A stretch of DNA of 64,000 bases from Bdellovibrionota bacterium (GTDB lineage Bacteria; Bdellovibrionota_G; JALEGL01; DATDPG01). The position numbers and the translations under genes were made by a program. A model generated the notes under the pieces. That model did no database searches. It worked only from the letters and a program-made list of their open reading frames with translations, and was not told where the DNA came from. This document shows, in pieces, positions 20,921 through 31,160 of the stretch (position 1 is the stretch's first letter; every line of letters starts with the position of its first letter). The stretch covers positions 192,001 through 256,000 of the forward strand of contig OY764265.1 in the NCBI GenBank assembly GCA_963668355.1. The letters are read 5' to 3'.

Positions 20921-21805
20921 ATGAGAAACTTTATTATTTTTGCACTTTTGCTCCTTTTCACGCAGCTTTTTTCGACGAATTTGGAGGCTACCCCCTTAAA
21001 AAAACCCATGGATGTAGCTGTGAGCCTTCCTCCTCTCTCCGGACTCGTCCAAGAGCTGGGAAATGACCGAGTTTTGGTCTGGACGCTTCTACCTGCGGGA
21101 CAAACTCCCCACACATATTCTCCAACGCCCAAACAAATCGAAAAGGTTTTGCGCTCCGATGTTTTTTTCACACTGGGAATGCCTTTTGAGAAAGAGCTCA
21201 TCGAAAAAATTTCGGCATCTCAAAAAGGACCCAAAATCATCAACTTGGATCAAGAACCCCAACATCGAAACATGGAAAAAGAAGAACCTCACTCGAAATC
21301 ACACGACCATGGAGAAGATCCACACACTTGGGTTTCTTTAAAAAACATATCCTCCTACGCTAAGACCATTTCAGAAACCTTAAGGCAAGAACAACCCGAA
21401 CGTGCCCCCCAAATCCAGGAGGCTGAAAAGCAACTTTTGCACAGAATTCAAGATCTCGATACAACGTTTCGCAACCATTTCGCCAAATCCCAAAACAAAT
21501 CCATCTATGTTTATCACCCAGCCTTTGGTCATTTCTTAGAACCGTATGGAATCTCTCAAAAAACCATTGAACAACATGGGAAAAAACCCACACCAAGAAT
21601 GTTGCGAAACTTGATCCAGAAAGCCCGCAGAGATCAAGTTGGATTCATATTCGCCCAACCGCAAATCGATCAACGTGTGGCCCGTTCGGTCGCAGAGGCC
21701 GTCGGCGCAAAAGTCGTCACAATCGATCCCCTATCTCCAAACATTCTTCGAGAATTGGAGAAATTGGGACGTGAGGTAAAAACTGCTCTGGACGGGCAGA
21801 AATGA
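20921..21805 (+). CDS. znuA: Zn/Mn ABC transporter substrate-binding protein
   Basis: PHTYSPTP, His-rich loop, DPHTW, YHPAFG. Confidence 0.88.
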   Translation: MRNFIIFALLLLFTQLFSTNLEATPLKKPMDVAVSLPPLSGLVQELGNDRVLVWTLLPAGQTPHTYSPTPKQIEKVLRSDVFFTLGMPFEKELIEKISASQKGPKIINLDQEPQHRNMEKEEPHSKSHDHGEDPHTWVSLKNISSYAKTISETLRQEQPERAPQIQEAEKQLLHRIQDLDTTFRNHFAKSQNKSIYVYHPAFGHFLEPYGISQKTIEQHGKKPTPRMLRNLIQKARRDQVGFIFAQPQIDQRVARSVAEAVGAKVVTIDPLSPNILRELEKLGREVKTALDGQK

Positions 21806-22563
21806 CCGACTCCAACATCATCTCTACATTTGAGAATGTTTCTTTTCGCTTTGGCTCCGCTCCCATTTTGACCGATGTCAATTTGACGATCCAGAAGGGA
21901 GATTTTGCGAGCCTCGTGGGTCCAAATGGCGGAGGAAAGACGACTCTCATAAAGCTATTACTTGGACTTCACAAACCGGAAAAAGGAAGGATCACGCTTT
22001 TTGGAAATCCTCCGGAAAAGGGGAGAAAATGGGTCGGCTATATGCCTCAACATTTGCAGAGCGACCCTCAATTCCCCGTCATGGTTTCCGATGTCGTTAT
22101 GATGGGTAGACTGAGCCTAAGCTTACGTAATCGACAGTCCCAAAAAGACAAGGAACTCGCTCGGCAAGCTTTGGCCGAAGTCGGGATGGAAAAGGATGCC
22201 CAGAAACGCTTTGCAGATCTATCTGGGGGCCAACGCCAACGTGCCCTCATTGCCCGAGCGCTATGTGTGGAACCGAAACTCCTTGTTTTAGACGAACCTA
22301 CCTCTAATATCGACCCACGAGCCGAAGAGCAGTTGTTCGAAATTCTGCACCGATTGAATCAACGCATGACGATTCTGATCGTTTCCCATGACATCGGTTT
22401 CATTTCAAAACAAGTCCGTAGCGTCATTTGCGTAAACCAAGATGTCGTCGTTCACCCAACCAGTGACATCGATGGAGCACTCATAAAGAATCTCTACGGT
22501 TCCGATGTTCGTCTGGTTCGACATGACCATCGATGCGATGAAAGTGGGCACTCTCATGATTGA
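21802..22563 (+). CDS. znuC: Zn/Mn ABC transporter ATPase
   Basis: GPNGGGKTT, LSGGQ, LDEP, His-rich C-terminus. Confidence 0.88.
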   Translation: MTDSNIISTFENVSFRFGSAPILTDVNLTIQKGDFASLVGPNGGGKTTLIKLLLGLHKPEKGRITLFGNPPEKGRKWVGYMPQHLQSDPQFPVMVSDVVMMGRLSLSLRNRQSQKDKELARQALAEVGMEKDAQKRFADLSGGQRQRALIARALCVEPKLLVLDEPTSNIDPRAEEQLFEILHRLNQRMTILIVSHDIGFISKQVRSVICVNQDVVVHPTSDIDGALIKNLYGSDVRLVRHDHRCDESGHSHD

Positions 22564-23404
22564 GTTTTTCGGCGCGTTAACGGATCCAGATATCCCCTTT
22601 CTTCGATATGCCCTAATCGTCGGTCTTCTTTCGAGTGTGGCCTTTGGAATCGTCGGAACGTATGTCGTCACACGAAGAATCAGCTATTTAGCTGGAGCCA
22701 TTGCTCACTCTGCACTTGGTGGAATCGGCATTGCACTCTTCCTTCAACGTACCCAAGAAATATCTTGGATCACCCCTCAGATCGGCGCTTTAATCGCCGC
22801 CATTTTGACCGCACTTCTGGTGGGATGGATCAATCTAAGAGCAAAAGAAAGGGAAGACACAGCCATTGGTGCTCTCTGGGCCATTGGAATGGCCCTGGGT
22901 TTAATTTTCCTCGCGAAAACTCCAGGCTATGTGGACCCCATGAGTTATCTTTTTGGGAACATTCTATTCATTACTCAAAATGATCTCATCACAATCGCCA
23001 TCTTAGATGGTCTGATTATTTCTTTGGCTTTGTTGTTTTACAGACATTTCATGGCCATATGCTTTGACGAAGAATTTGCCAGGCTAAGAGGTCTTCCCGT
23101 CGAAGCCTTTTACCTTCTTCTGCTGAGCCTCACGGCCTTAACCATCGTGCTCTTGATACAAATCGTTGGAATTGTGATGGTCATTGCCCTGCTCACCTTG
23201 CCTGCTGCAGTTGCCGGAATTCTTTCTCGCACTCTCTGGGGAATGATGATCTGGGCCACTTGCTTTTGTGCCTTTTTTGCAACCACCGGTTTGGGAGTGA
23301 GCTACATTCATGATTTACCCACCGGTCCGACGATCATTATGATTGCTGCTCTCGTGTATGTTTTTCTCATTAGTTTTAGGAAATTCATGCGTGGCCGAGA
23401 CTAG
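22556..23404 (+). CDS. znuB: Zn/Mn ABC transporter permease
   Basis: AIAHSALGG, YLFGNIL, FDEEFA; start at ATG 22556. Confidence 0.88.
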   Translation: MIEFFGALTDPDIPFLRYALIVGLLSSVAFGIVGTYVVTRRISYLAGAIAHSALGGIGIALFLQRTQEISWITPQIGALIAAILTALLVGWINLRAKEREDTAIGALWAIGMALGLIFLAKTPGYVDPMSYLFGNILFITQNDLITIAILDGLIISLALLFYRHFMAICFDEEFARLRGLPVEAFYLLLLSLTALTIVLLIQIVGIVMVIALLTLPAAVAGILSRTLWGMMIWATCFCAFFATTGLGVSYIHDLPTGPTIIMIAALVYVFLISFRKFMRGRD

Positions 23405-24410
23405 CGCAACAGCCTGCACAACGTGCTCATCAAAAATGTCTTCCGTTTCCTTCTGGACTCACTCATTATTCCTCGCGTCGGTTGGCCTATTCTGGCTTCT
23501 CTCTCAAATCTATCGCCCTGAAATTTTCGAAACAACGGCCATCATCTTCGTCGCAATTTTTTTAGAAGCCCTCCCCTTTGTCATGTTGGGCGCGATCTTA
23601 GGAGGACTCATTGAAGTATTCATGGATCGTGAACGAATGCTGAAATGGCTCCCACGAAAACGTTTTCTAACTCCATTCGTCGCAGGCCTTTTGGGGATCG
23701 TTGTTCCTGTCTGTGAATGTGGTGTGATCGTCGTGGTCCGTCGCCTCCTCAAGAAAGGGCTCCCACCGGGAGCGGCCATTGCATATCTTCTTGCCGGTCC
23801 GATTCTAAACGTCGTTGTAGGGACTTCAACGGCGGTTGCGTATTCCATGAGCTGGAAAGTGGTCGCTCTTCGCATGGTGTTTGGATATGCCGTTGCTGTT
23901 CTCGTAGCTCTAGTCATGGAAGCCTTAATGGGGAAAAAAGGATTTCTACTTCCCTCGGTTCAGACCATCGAATCTCACTCAGAAGAAGGTCCTTCGGCTT
24001 TTGGGAAAAAAGTCTGGCTTTCCCTGCGATACGGTTCACAAGATTTTTTGGACATCAGTCGATTCCTCGTCATCGGTGCTTTTTTCGCCTCGCTTTTTCA
24101 GGCGCTAATTTCAAAAGAAACCTTTCTTTCTTCAGCACTGGGCTCGCCAGCCTTTTCCATTGGAATCATGATGCTCCTTGCCTTTTTACTGAATCTTTGC
24201 AGCGAAGCAGATGCTTTCGTCGCCGCCTCTTTTCAGAGCTTGGGCATGTCTCTTTCGGCGCAAATGGCTTTTATGATCATGGGGCCCATGATGGACGTGA
24301 AACTTCTATCCATGTACTTCGGAGTTTTCCGAAAGAGAGTCGTCTTTTGGATGACCCTCCTCATTTCACTCTTCATTTTCCTCGGGATGCTGCTCCTGGA
24401 GGTTCTTTAA
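23391..24410 (+). CDS. Permease, DUF318/ArsP/YcgR family
   Basis: EALPF, PVCECG, LCSEADAFVA, GPMMDVK; GTG start after AGGA. Confidence 0.85.
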   Translation: MAETSATACTTCSSKMSSVSFWTHSLFLASVGLFWLLSQIYRPEIFETTAIIFVAIFLEALPFVMLGAILGGLIEVFMDRERMLKWLPRKRFLTPFVAGLLGIVVPVCECGVIVVVRRLLKKGLPPGAAIAYLLAGPILNVVVGTSTAVAYSMSWKVVALRMVFGYAVAVLVALVMEALMGKKGFLLPSVQTIESHSEEGPSAFGKKVWLSLRYGSQDFLDISRFLVIGAFFASLFQALISKETFLSSALGSPAFSIGIMMLLAFLLNLCSEADAFVAASFQSLGMSLSAQMAFMIMGPMMDVKLLSMYFGVFRKRVVFWMTLLISLFIFLGMLLLEVL

Positions 24411-24413
24411 CCC

Positions 24414-25154
24414 ATGTTCACTTCATTGATGAGCGTTCTTCTCATTCCTTTCCGGCGGCCGGTCGTGATCGTCTTCGCGTGCTGGACATGGGCTCTTTTC
24501 TGGCTTCTCGATGGAAAGCGATTTTCCCTATTTCTTTTACCCGACCTATTTCCTCTTATTCTAATTTCGGCATTTCTCATGTTGCTCTTTTTTTGTTTGA
24601 GCCTAACCAAGGAAATGTCCTCAAGACCCTCTTCCCGCGAACTCTTTTCTTCTTGGATTCTGCTTCTCCCTCTTCTATTTCTCGTTCCTGTAAAAGACAA
24701 AACCCTGGGGATCTACGCTTACACAAAGAAAAGCTTTACAAACCTCGGTTCCGTTCAAAGGCAAAAACAAACAAGGAATACACCAAACACCGTCAAACCA
24801 AAAAAAGAGCCAACCTTAATGGAACTCACCGAAAACTGGCCCGCATACATAGGACACGAAATCACGACGCTCGGGCAATTGTCTTTCGAGCAGAAGGAAA
24901 TTAAAAATTTTGGATTCCTCTTTCGCTTCGCCGTCGCCTGCTGTACCGCAGACGCAATTCCTCTCGGGATTCTAATAGAAACTCAAGACAAAACCGAAAT
25001 GGCTTCGGGCTCTCCTTGGGTGAGGGTCACAGGCACTTTAGCCATTCGAAACATTGCGGGGAATGACCGACTTGTCTTGCAAAACACCTCTTTGGAACGA
25101 AAAAGCGCCCCGCCCCCCCAAGAACGCTACCTTTATATAAGCCCGGACTTATAA
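24414..25154 (+). CDS. TIGR03943/DUF1980 (YcgQ-like) permease partner
   Basis: N-terminal TMs followed by FRFAVACCTADA and WVRVTG. Confidence 0.8.
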   Translation: MFTSLMSVLLIPFRRPVVIVFACWTWALFWLLDGKRFSLFLLPDLFPLILISAFLMLLFFCLSLTKEMSSRPSSRELFSSWILLLPLLFLVPVKDKTLGIYAYTKKSFTNLGSVQRQKQTRNTPNTVKPKKEPTLMELTENWPAYIGHEITTLGQLSFEQKEIKNFGFLFRFAVACCTADAIPLGILIETQDKTEMASGSPWVRVTGTLAIRNIAGNDRLVLQNTSLERKSAPPPQERYLYISPDL

Positions 25155-25213
25155 GTTTGCGTAAGCTTGCTCGAATGAGCAAAAATTCGCCGATGAGTCA
25201 AAACGGCTTAAAT

Positions 25214-25277
25214 TAAGCATTTGTTTTTAAATAGTTTTTCTCGCTGTTTCCGAAAGATCCCTGGTCTCGTCTTTGCA
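25214..25277 (+). promoter_or_regulatory. sigma54-type promoter with IHF-like site
   Basis: TGGTCT-CGTCT-TTGCA at 25262-25277; TAAGCATTTGTTT at 25214-25226. Confidence 0.5.
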
Positions 25278-25291
25278 TGACCGAGTGTCTG

Positions 25292-26566
25292 ATGAAGCTG
25301 AATCGACCAGGGCAACCCCAAATCTCAAACCCCTTAGATCCATGGGAAAACCAAGGTGACGCCATATCGGTCGTGAGCGGGGAGTTTTCCGATATCGAGA
25401 CGGAAAAAGCCTATCTAGAATCGACCTGGGACGACCTAAACAAAAGACAAAAAACGACAGCCTTCATTGCTTCTCTCTTTTCGCTGATAAGTCTATATCT
25501 GGATTTTCTATACCTGGGAGCTTCCATCTCATTTGGAGTTCTTATGGCAGCGCGAGTCATCGGGGTTATTCCGTTGGTACACCTCTCGCTTTTCGCATCG
25601 GAAAGCAACTCCAAACAAGCCATTCTCCATTCAACGTTCTGGGCCATAAACTGTGTTTTTTCGTCTGTTTTGGCTTCGGTTTATATTTTACCCGAAGCCA
25701 CACTCCTGGCTTCATTATGGGTTTCCGCTTTGGCTCTGGGGAACTACACCTTCGTGCCCCACACATTCGGTCGAAGGGTCGTTTCATCTCTTTACTTGTC
25801 TGTGGGCTTTATTTCCATAAGCTTTTTTCACAAAGATGTCGGAAAAGAAAACTTCATTAGTGCCATCATGTTTCTTTCATTTACAAATGCATTGGGCACG
25901 CAGTTTTCCCGCGCTTTGGAAGGATTTCGACGAAAAGAAGCCTCGCTCCTGCAAACGCTCCTTCCCAGCAACGTAATCCAAAGCCTTAAGCTAAAAAAGA
26001 AACCCATTGAAGTGTATGAGAATGTCACGGTTTTATTCGCCGACTTGGTTGGATTTACTGAGTTGACATCACGTATACATCCGGAACAACTTGTAGCTTC
26101 CCTCAATCGACTTTTTTCCGAGTTTGATGAAATCATTCGAATTCACCGAGCCCAAAAAATCAAAACAATTGGAGATTGTTACATGGCGGTCTCCGGATTA
26201 CCCACCAACGACGCTCAGCACGCCAAAACGATGCTTTCCATCGCAATCGAAATGAGAAGAGTCGTACGAAGATTTATCATCGGGGGAAAGAGACTTCAGT
26301 TGCGTATTGGCGTGCACTCCGGTCCAGTCATAGCTGGAGTCATCGGAAAAGACAGACCTTTCTTTGATGTTTGGGGAGAGACTGTGAATATTGCTAGCCG
26401 CATGGAATCTCATGGGCTTGCCAATCATATTCAAGTCAGTCACTCGACATATAAGCTCACAAAGGACATGTATCGCTACACTTCCCGAGGGGACCTCTTA
26501 TTGAAAAATGTTGGGGAGCATCCGGCCTATCTTTTAAGTCGCTCGAAGCCTCCATTTCTCTTCTAA
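25292..26566 (+). CDS. Membrane-anchored class III adenylate cyclase
   Basis: About 6 TMs, then LFADLVGFT, KIKTIGDCYM, FDVWGETVNIASRME; K/D specificity residues indicate ATP; alternative start 25277. Confidence 0.9.
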   Translation: MKLNRPGQPQISNPLDPWENQGDAISVVSGEFSDIETEKAYLESTWDDLNKRQKTTAFIASLFSLISLYLDFLYLGASISFGVLMAARVIGVIPLVHLSLFASESNSKQAILHSTFWAINCVFSSVLASVYILPEATLLASLWVSALALGNYTFVPHTFGRRVVSSLYLSVGFISISFFHKDVGKENFISAIMFLSFTNALGTQFSRALEGFRRKEASLLQTLLPSNVIQSLKLKKKPIEVYENVTVLFADLVGFTELTSRIHPEQLVASLNRLFSEFDEIIRIHRAQKIKTIGDCYMAVSGLPTNDAQHAKTMLSIAIEMRRVVRRFIIGGKRLQLRIGVHSGPVIAGVIGKDRPFFDVWGETVNIASRMESHGLANHIQVSHSTYKLTKDMYRYTSRGDLLLKNVGEHPAYLLSRSKPPFLF

Positions 26567-26629
26567 AAGCGGTCATTCCAAAAAATGCTGATATACTGCC
26601 TTTTTTAAATGTGTTGACAATGAGGCTTC

Positions 26630-26995
26630 ATGGTTCCGAATTTAACAAAATATCAGAAAATCGTTTTAGATGACGTGGAAAGCCAAGACTACGAACGGCA
26701 ACGAAAACTGATTTGGATCGGATTTTTCACGATTTGCGCTGGGGGATTGGGTTTTTACCTGGCTTTAATTGTCCGAAAATTGTCTCAAATGAATTTTGAC
26801 GTTTCAAAGCTGATCATTGCTTATGTACGAGACCCGAAAAACCCCGACATGACGACACTCTTTTTTCATGAAACGAGCGTTCTCATTTTGGGGTTCATCA
26901 TGGCCATTGTTGTCTTCGGCCTCTTGGGTTTCCTGATCTACGATTTACAACAGCGAAATAGCCTCATTCAGAAGATTTTAAACAATAAGCCCTAG
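26630..26995 (+). CDS. Small two-TM membrane protein
   Basis: GAGG SD and two hydrophobic segments. Confidence 0.6.
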   Translation: MVPNLTKYQKIVLDDVESQDYERQRKLIWIGFFTICAGGLGFYLALIVRKLSQMNFDVSKLIIAYVRDPKNPDMTTLFFHETSVLILGFIMAIVVFGLLGFLIYDLQQRNSLIQKILNNKP

Positions 26996-27866
26996 TTTGT
27001 TTTCTTAACTGGGAAACCACCATTCCCAAGAACATCAATACGCACCCCATCACGGCTTTGAAGGTTAGACTTTCATCCAGAATAAAAAAACCACCCAACA
27101 CCGCAAAAACCGCTTCCAAACTTAATATGATCGCAGCATGAGAGGGTTGAGCCACCCTCTGCCCCATCACTTGAAGTGTGTAGGCTACGCCCACAGAGAG
27201 ACAACCTGCATAAAAAATAGGCCAAGCAGCTTCTTGGAGCATAAAAAAAGAAAGGGGTTCCAAAATCAGAGCGCAACCTCCACTCAAACACGCAACCACA
27301 AAAAACTGCACCGCAGCAATGGAAAGGGAGTCAAACCGGGGAGCAAGCCAACCAATGACATGGACATGCCCGGCCCAAAACAGAACACTTAACAAAACCA
27401 AGGCATCCCCTCGCTCCATATGAAGTTCACTTTTAATGCTTAAAAGATACATTCCGACAGTGGCAAATAAAACGCCCAGCCATGTATTCCCCCTCACACG
27501 TTGGCCCCACAAAATCCCAAGCACAGGAACCATCACGACGTAAAGGCCCGTGATGAATCCCGCCTTCCCCGCGGTGGTATAAACGATGCCCACCTGCTGA
27601 AAACTCGAACCCAGAAACAAAAAAGAACCTGCTAAAAATGCTCCGGCCCAAAACGGCTTTTTTAAATGGGATCTCGGAACCTCTCGTCCTTTTCGTTGAA
27701 AAAACAGAATCGGCAACAACACCACCCCACCCAAAAAAAATCGACTCGCATTGAATGCAAATGGTCCGACATGCTCCATCCCTATGCGCTGAGCCACGAA
27801 TGCAAAACCCCATATGGCTGCAGCCAGCAACAACAAAAGGTTTGCCCTTATCTGAGAGCGGTCCAT
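26964..27866 (-). CDS. DMT/EamA family transporter
   Basis: IWGFAFVAQ, AGFITGLYVV, ILSLEAVFA; 10 TMs. Confidence 0.92.
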   Translation of the reverse strand: MDRSQIRANLLLLLAAAIWGFAFVAQRIGMEHVGPFAFNASRFFLGGVVLLPILFFQRKGREVPRSHLKKPFWAGAFLAGSFLFLGSSFQQVGIVYTTAGKAGFITGLYVVMVPVLGILWGQRVRGNTWLGVLFATVGMYLLSIKSELHMERGDALVLLSVLFWAGHVHVIGWLAPRFDSLSIAAVQFFVVACLSGGCALILEPLSFFMLQEAAWPIFYAGCLSVGVAYTLQVMGQRVAQPSHAAIILSLEAVFAVLGGFFILDESLTFKAVMGCVLMFLGMVVSQLRKQTRAYCLKSSE

Positions 27867-27927
27867 GGAAAGCCATCATGACACAGATTGACGTGAAGCC
27901 CCAAGATTGCTATCCAACGCCACGAAA

Positions 27928-28572
27928 ATGGTTAAGGCCCTAATATTTGATCTAGATGGAACGCTTTGGAATTCCGTTCAAAGTTTTGTGGACTCTTGCA
28001 ATAAAGTATTTCAAAGACACCTTCCGCAAAAAAAAACGACTTATGAGGAAATCGCTTCATACATGGGTTTCCAAACACGTGAGCTTGCCCAAAGCTTATT
28101 TCCAAACGTCTCTGAAGAACAATCCATATTTTTTTTGAAACAATGTTACAAGCAACATCTTTTAGATTTGGATCAAAAGTTGCCACCTTTTTACGAAGGT
28201 GTTCGTGAAGGCATTGAAGAACTGTCGAGACTCTATCCGGTATTTTTGGTTAGCAACTGCAATTCGTCCTATCTGAAGCATTTTTTAAAACATTCCGGAC
28301 TTGGGAAGTTTTTTTCGGATTCAGAGTGTGCAGAAAATGGAAACTCCAAAGGTAAAAATATTCGCCTTGTGATGGAAAGAAATCACATTCAAAGTGCCGT
28401 CTATATTGGAGATACTTCTGGAGACGCCAAAGCCGCAGAGGAAGCTTCCGTGGACTTTATATTTGTCACGTATGGGTGTGGAAATGTACCCCAAGCCAAA
28501 AAAAGATTTGATTCTTTTCCTGACCTGGTTGCGCACTTCAAAAAAGAACTTCCGGCCACAAACCTCGATTAA
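27928..28572 (+). CDS. HAD-family hydrolase (phosphoglycolate phosphatase-like)
   Basis: FDLDGTL, VSN, YIGDTSGD. Confidence 0.9.
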   Translation: MVKALIFDLDGTLWNSVQSFVDSCNKVFQRHLPQKKTTYEEIASYMGFQTRELAQSLFPNVSEEQSIFFLKQCYKQHLLDLDQKLPPFYEGVREGIEELSRLYPVFLVSNCNSSYLKHFLKHSGLGKFFSDSECAENGNSKGKNIRLVMERNHIQSAVYIGDTSGDAKAAEEASVDFIFVTYGCGNVPQAKKRFDSFPDLVAHFKKELPATNLD

Positions 28573-28579
28573 TTGTCAT

Positions 28580-28927
28580 TTAAAATTTTTGGGCAAATTC
28601 CTCGGCATTAAACCCTACGAAAAGCGTTTTTCCTTTTCGCATCGTGGGGGCTCTCAAATTTCCAGAGGGACCCAAAAGTGCTTTTTTCAATTCAGCGCCG
28701 GACGGCTTATCTTTAGCCATATCGAAATGAAGAATTTTTTTCCCTTTGGCCACCCATATCTCATTCACCTCGCGGGCCAATTTTACGGCATCGGCTCCGC
28801 CCATTCGCACTTTTCGGGCATCTACCTGCTCAACAACCTCAATTTTCTTTTGCGCAAGAAACTCCTGCGCTTTTTTACAGGTCATTCACCCTTTTCGTTC
28901 GTATTGCCAGTCAATTTTCTTTTTCAT
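28580..28927 (-). CDS. ArsC/Spx-like selenoprotein with UxxC motif (in-frame TGA at 28888-28886)
   Basis: Reads MKKKIDWQYERKG-U-MTCKKAQ...GPSGNLRAPT...VGFN; the ORF track shows only the part after the UGA. Confidence 0.85.
28852..28870 (-). promoter_or_regulatory. Bacterial SECIS element
   Basis: Hairpin GCGCAGGA-GUU-UCUUGCGC beginning 15 nt after the UGA; apical loop starts with GU. Confidence 0.7.
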
Positions 28928-28955
28928 GACAACATCCTAACCCATTCGAGAAATC

Positions 28956-29591
28956 CTACCAAAAAGTTGCTCCGATATTCGCACGAAAACCGAATTTCAC
29001 CTCGGATCCAAAATCACCAAAAGCCATCGCCGGACCGAACTCAAACAAAATCCATGGCGTAATCTCCGGAATGGGAGACCCCTCCACGCCGAAACGAAAA
29101 AGCACAGGAACCGCCACAAAGGGATCTCCATCTTCAATATAAATGAACGATGTCGGGACCGTAATTCCCGTCAACACATTGACTTCCTTATGGGCCCGAA
29201 TGGACATGGGAAGACCCAAATCTCCACGCCCTCCAAAGACAAATTTATCGGAAGGCCCCGTATCCACCCCTCCGACCAGCACACCAGGGGCAAAGCGAAA
29301 GGCCATAGCCATTCGACCCCGATGCATCAAAGGCCAACGCATCGGAAGATTGACGGCTGCGCCAATTTCCAGATTGGAAAACTCACCTGACCAATCTCCG
29401 TACACCAATTCTGCGCCCAAAGCCCAATCCGGATCTCCCGCATTCCACCACTCATAAAAGAGACTCGGCCACCCCACACCCGTATGATGAGCAACCGATG
29501 AGTTCATGGGCTTTCCACCCATGACAGACGATGGAGAAGCCTGCGCTTGGGTGGCAAACAGAAAAAGGATCGATAGAAAAAGGTGCTTCAT
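28956..29591 (-). CDS. Putative outer-membrane beta-barrel protein
   Basis: Signal peptide ending AQA; alternating Gly/aromatic beta pattern; C-terminal aromatic residue (GATFW). Confidence 0.6.
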   Translation of the reverse strand: MKHLFLSILFLFATQAQASPSSVMGGKPMNSSVAHHTGVGWPSLFYEWWNAGDPDWALGAELVYGDWSGEFSNLEIGAAVNLPMRWPLMHRGRMAMAFRFAPGVLVGGVDTGPSDKFVFGGRGDLGLPMSIRAHKEVNVLTGITVPTSFIYIEDGDPFVAVPVLFRFGVEGSPIPEITPWILFEFGPAMAFGDFGSEVKFGFRANIGATFW

Positions 29592-29665
29592 GATAAGTTC
29601 CTCTTACTGAATTTCAGGGAATCCCAGTATACCCAATTTGGAAAGAGCTCGCTGGAATCGTACAT

Positions 29666-31150
29666 ATGTCTGAAATCGTCCTAACAACGCTCAACGCTAA
29701 GTATTTCCATTCCTCGTTTGGCCTAAGATATTTGTATGCCAATCTCAAATCCTTACAAGAGAGGGCCATACTCTTAGAATTTCAGAAAAAACAGTCCCTT
29801 GAGGACATTTTAAAAATCCTTTTGGCACAAGATCCACAGATCATCGGATTTGGGGTTTATATATGGAACGCCAAAGAGTCCTTAGAGGTTGTACGAAGCA
29901 TCCGTCAACGCCGACCAGACATTAAAATCGTCCTTGGGGGACCGGAAGTCAGTTATGAATCCAAGACTCAGGAAATTTGCGACTTAGCAGACTTCGTCGT
30001 TAAGGGTGAAGGTGATTTCGCTTTTCGAGAGTTATGCGAACAAATACTCAAACACGTTCCTCCAAAAGAAAAGTTTATTCTTCCTCAAGCTCCGCCCATT
30101 GAAGATATCAAACTGCCCTATGAATTTTATAATGAAGAAGATATTAAACATCGCCTCATCTATGTAGAGGCTTCTCGTGGATGCCCATTTAAATGTGAAT
30201 TCTGCCTCTCTTCGCTGGATGTGGCTGTTCGAAAATTTCCCATTGACGGTTTTCTTGCCTCGATGAAAAAACTGCACAACCGAGGTGTTCGACATTTTAA
30301 ATTTGTTGATCGGACCTTCAACCTGGATCTTAAAACCACCGAGCGAATTCTCACTTTCTTCTTGAAACATATGTCCTCAGATTTATTCCTTCATTTTGAA
30401 GTGATTCCCGATCGTTTTCCCCCAGGCCTTCTAGAATTACTGGCTCAATTCCCCAAGGGGACACTTCAACTGGAAGTGGGCATTCAGACCTTTAACGAAG
30501 AGGTTGCTGCACGCATCCAACGAAAACAAAACTTTAAAAAAACCCGAGAAAACTTAAAACTGCTTCGAGAAAAAACACATGCGCATATTCATGCAGACTT
30601 GATCGTTGGGCTTCCTGGGGAAGACCTATTCTCTTTTTCCAAAGGCTTTGATCAATTGTATTCGTTAAACCCTCATGAAATTCAAGTAGGCATTCTTAAA
30701 AGGCTTAAAGGAACCCCGATTGTTCAGCATACCGAGGCGTGGAAAATGAATTACGACGAAAATCCACCTTTTCAACTTCTTCAAAATGGCCTCATTCGAG
30801 AAGAAGAGATGCAACGAATGAACCACTTTGCTCGTTTTTGGGAAAAAGTTTCCAACAGTGGAAAATTCCCACACACCGCAAAACTTTTACTTCAAACCAA
30901 CGAATCTCCCTTTGAGGCTTTTCAATCGTTTAGCGACACACTCTTTCGACATTTCCAAAGAACACATTCCATCCCATTGGAAGAACTTATTTCAGCCATT
31001 ACAAACTATCTAACGAACACGACTCTTTTTTCAGAAGAAGACATTCTTCTGTGTGCCCAGAAAGATGAAGAGCTACGCAAAAAAATCCGACGTCAACGAA
31101 AAGATGCAACACAGCACCGGTCCCGGCAAGCCTTTCATCAACCCCTTTAA
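29666..31150 (+). CDS. B12-binding radical SAM protein (DUF4080-type)
   Basis: N-terminal B12 domain (YIWN, GGPEVS, GEG); CPFKCEFC motif; HADLIVGLPGE. Confidence 0.9.
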   Translation: MSEIVLTTLNAKYFHSSFGLRYLYANLKSLQERAILLEFQKKQSLEDILKILLAQDPQIIGFGVYIWNAKESLEVVRSIRQRRPDIKIVLGGPEVSYESKTQEICDLADFVVKGEGDFAFRELCEQILKHVPPKEKFILPQAPPIEDIKLPYEFYNEEDIKHRLIYVEASRGCPFKCEFCLSSLDVAVRKFPIDGFLASMKKLHNRGVRHFKFVDRTFNLDLKTTERILTFFLKHMSSDLFLHFEVIPDRFPPGLLELLAQFPKGTLQLEVGIQTFNEEVAARIQRKQNFKKTRENLKLLREKTHAHIHADLIVGLPGEDLFSFSKGFDQLYSLNPHEIQVGILKRLKGTPIVQHTEAWKMNYDENPPFQLLQNGLIREEEMQRMNHFARFWEKVSNSGKFPHTAKLLLQTNESPFEAFQSFSDTLFRHFQRTHSIPLEELISAITNYLTNTTLFSEEDILLCAQKDEELRKKIRRQRKDATQHRSRQAFHQPL

Positions 31151-31160
31151 TTAAATTTCT

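Noticed and set aside
23717..24904. 395-aa + strand ORF
   Set aside because: Alternate frame over two well-supported permease genes; no motifs
29666..31150. B12 radical SAM as part of the ladderane-like cluster or the riboswitch locus
   Set aside because: More than 14 kb from either and a widespread stand-alone family; it shows only that the cell can use B12
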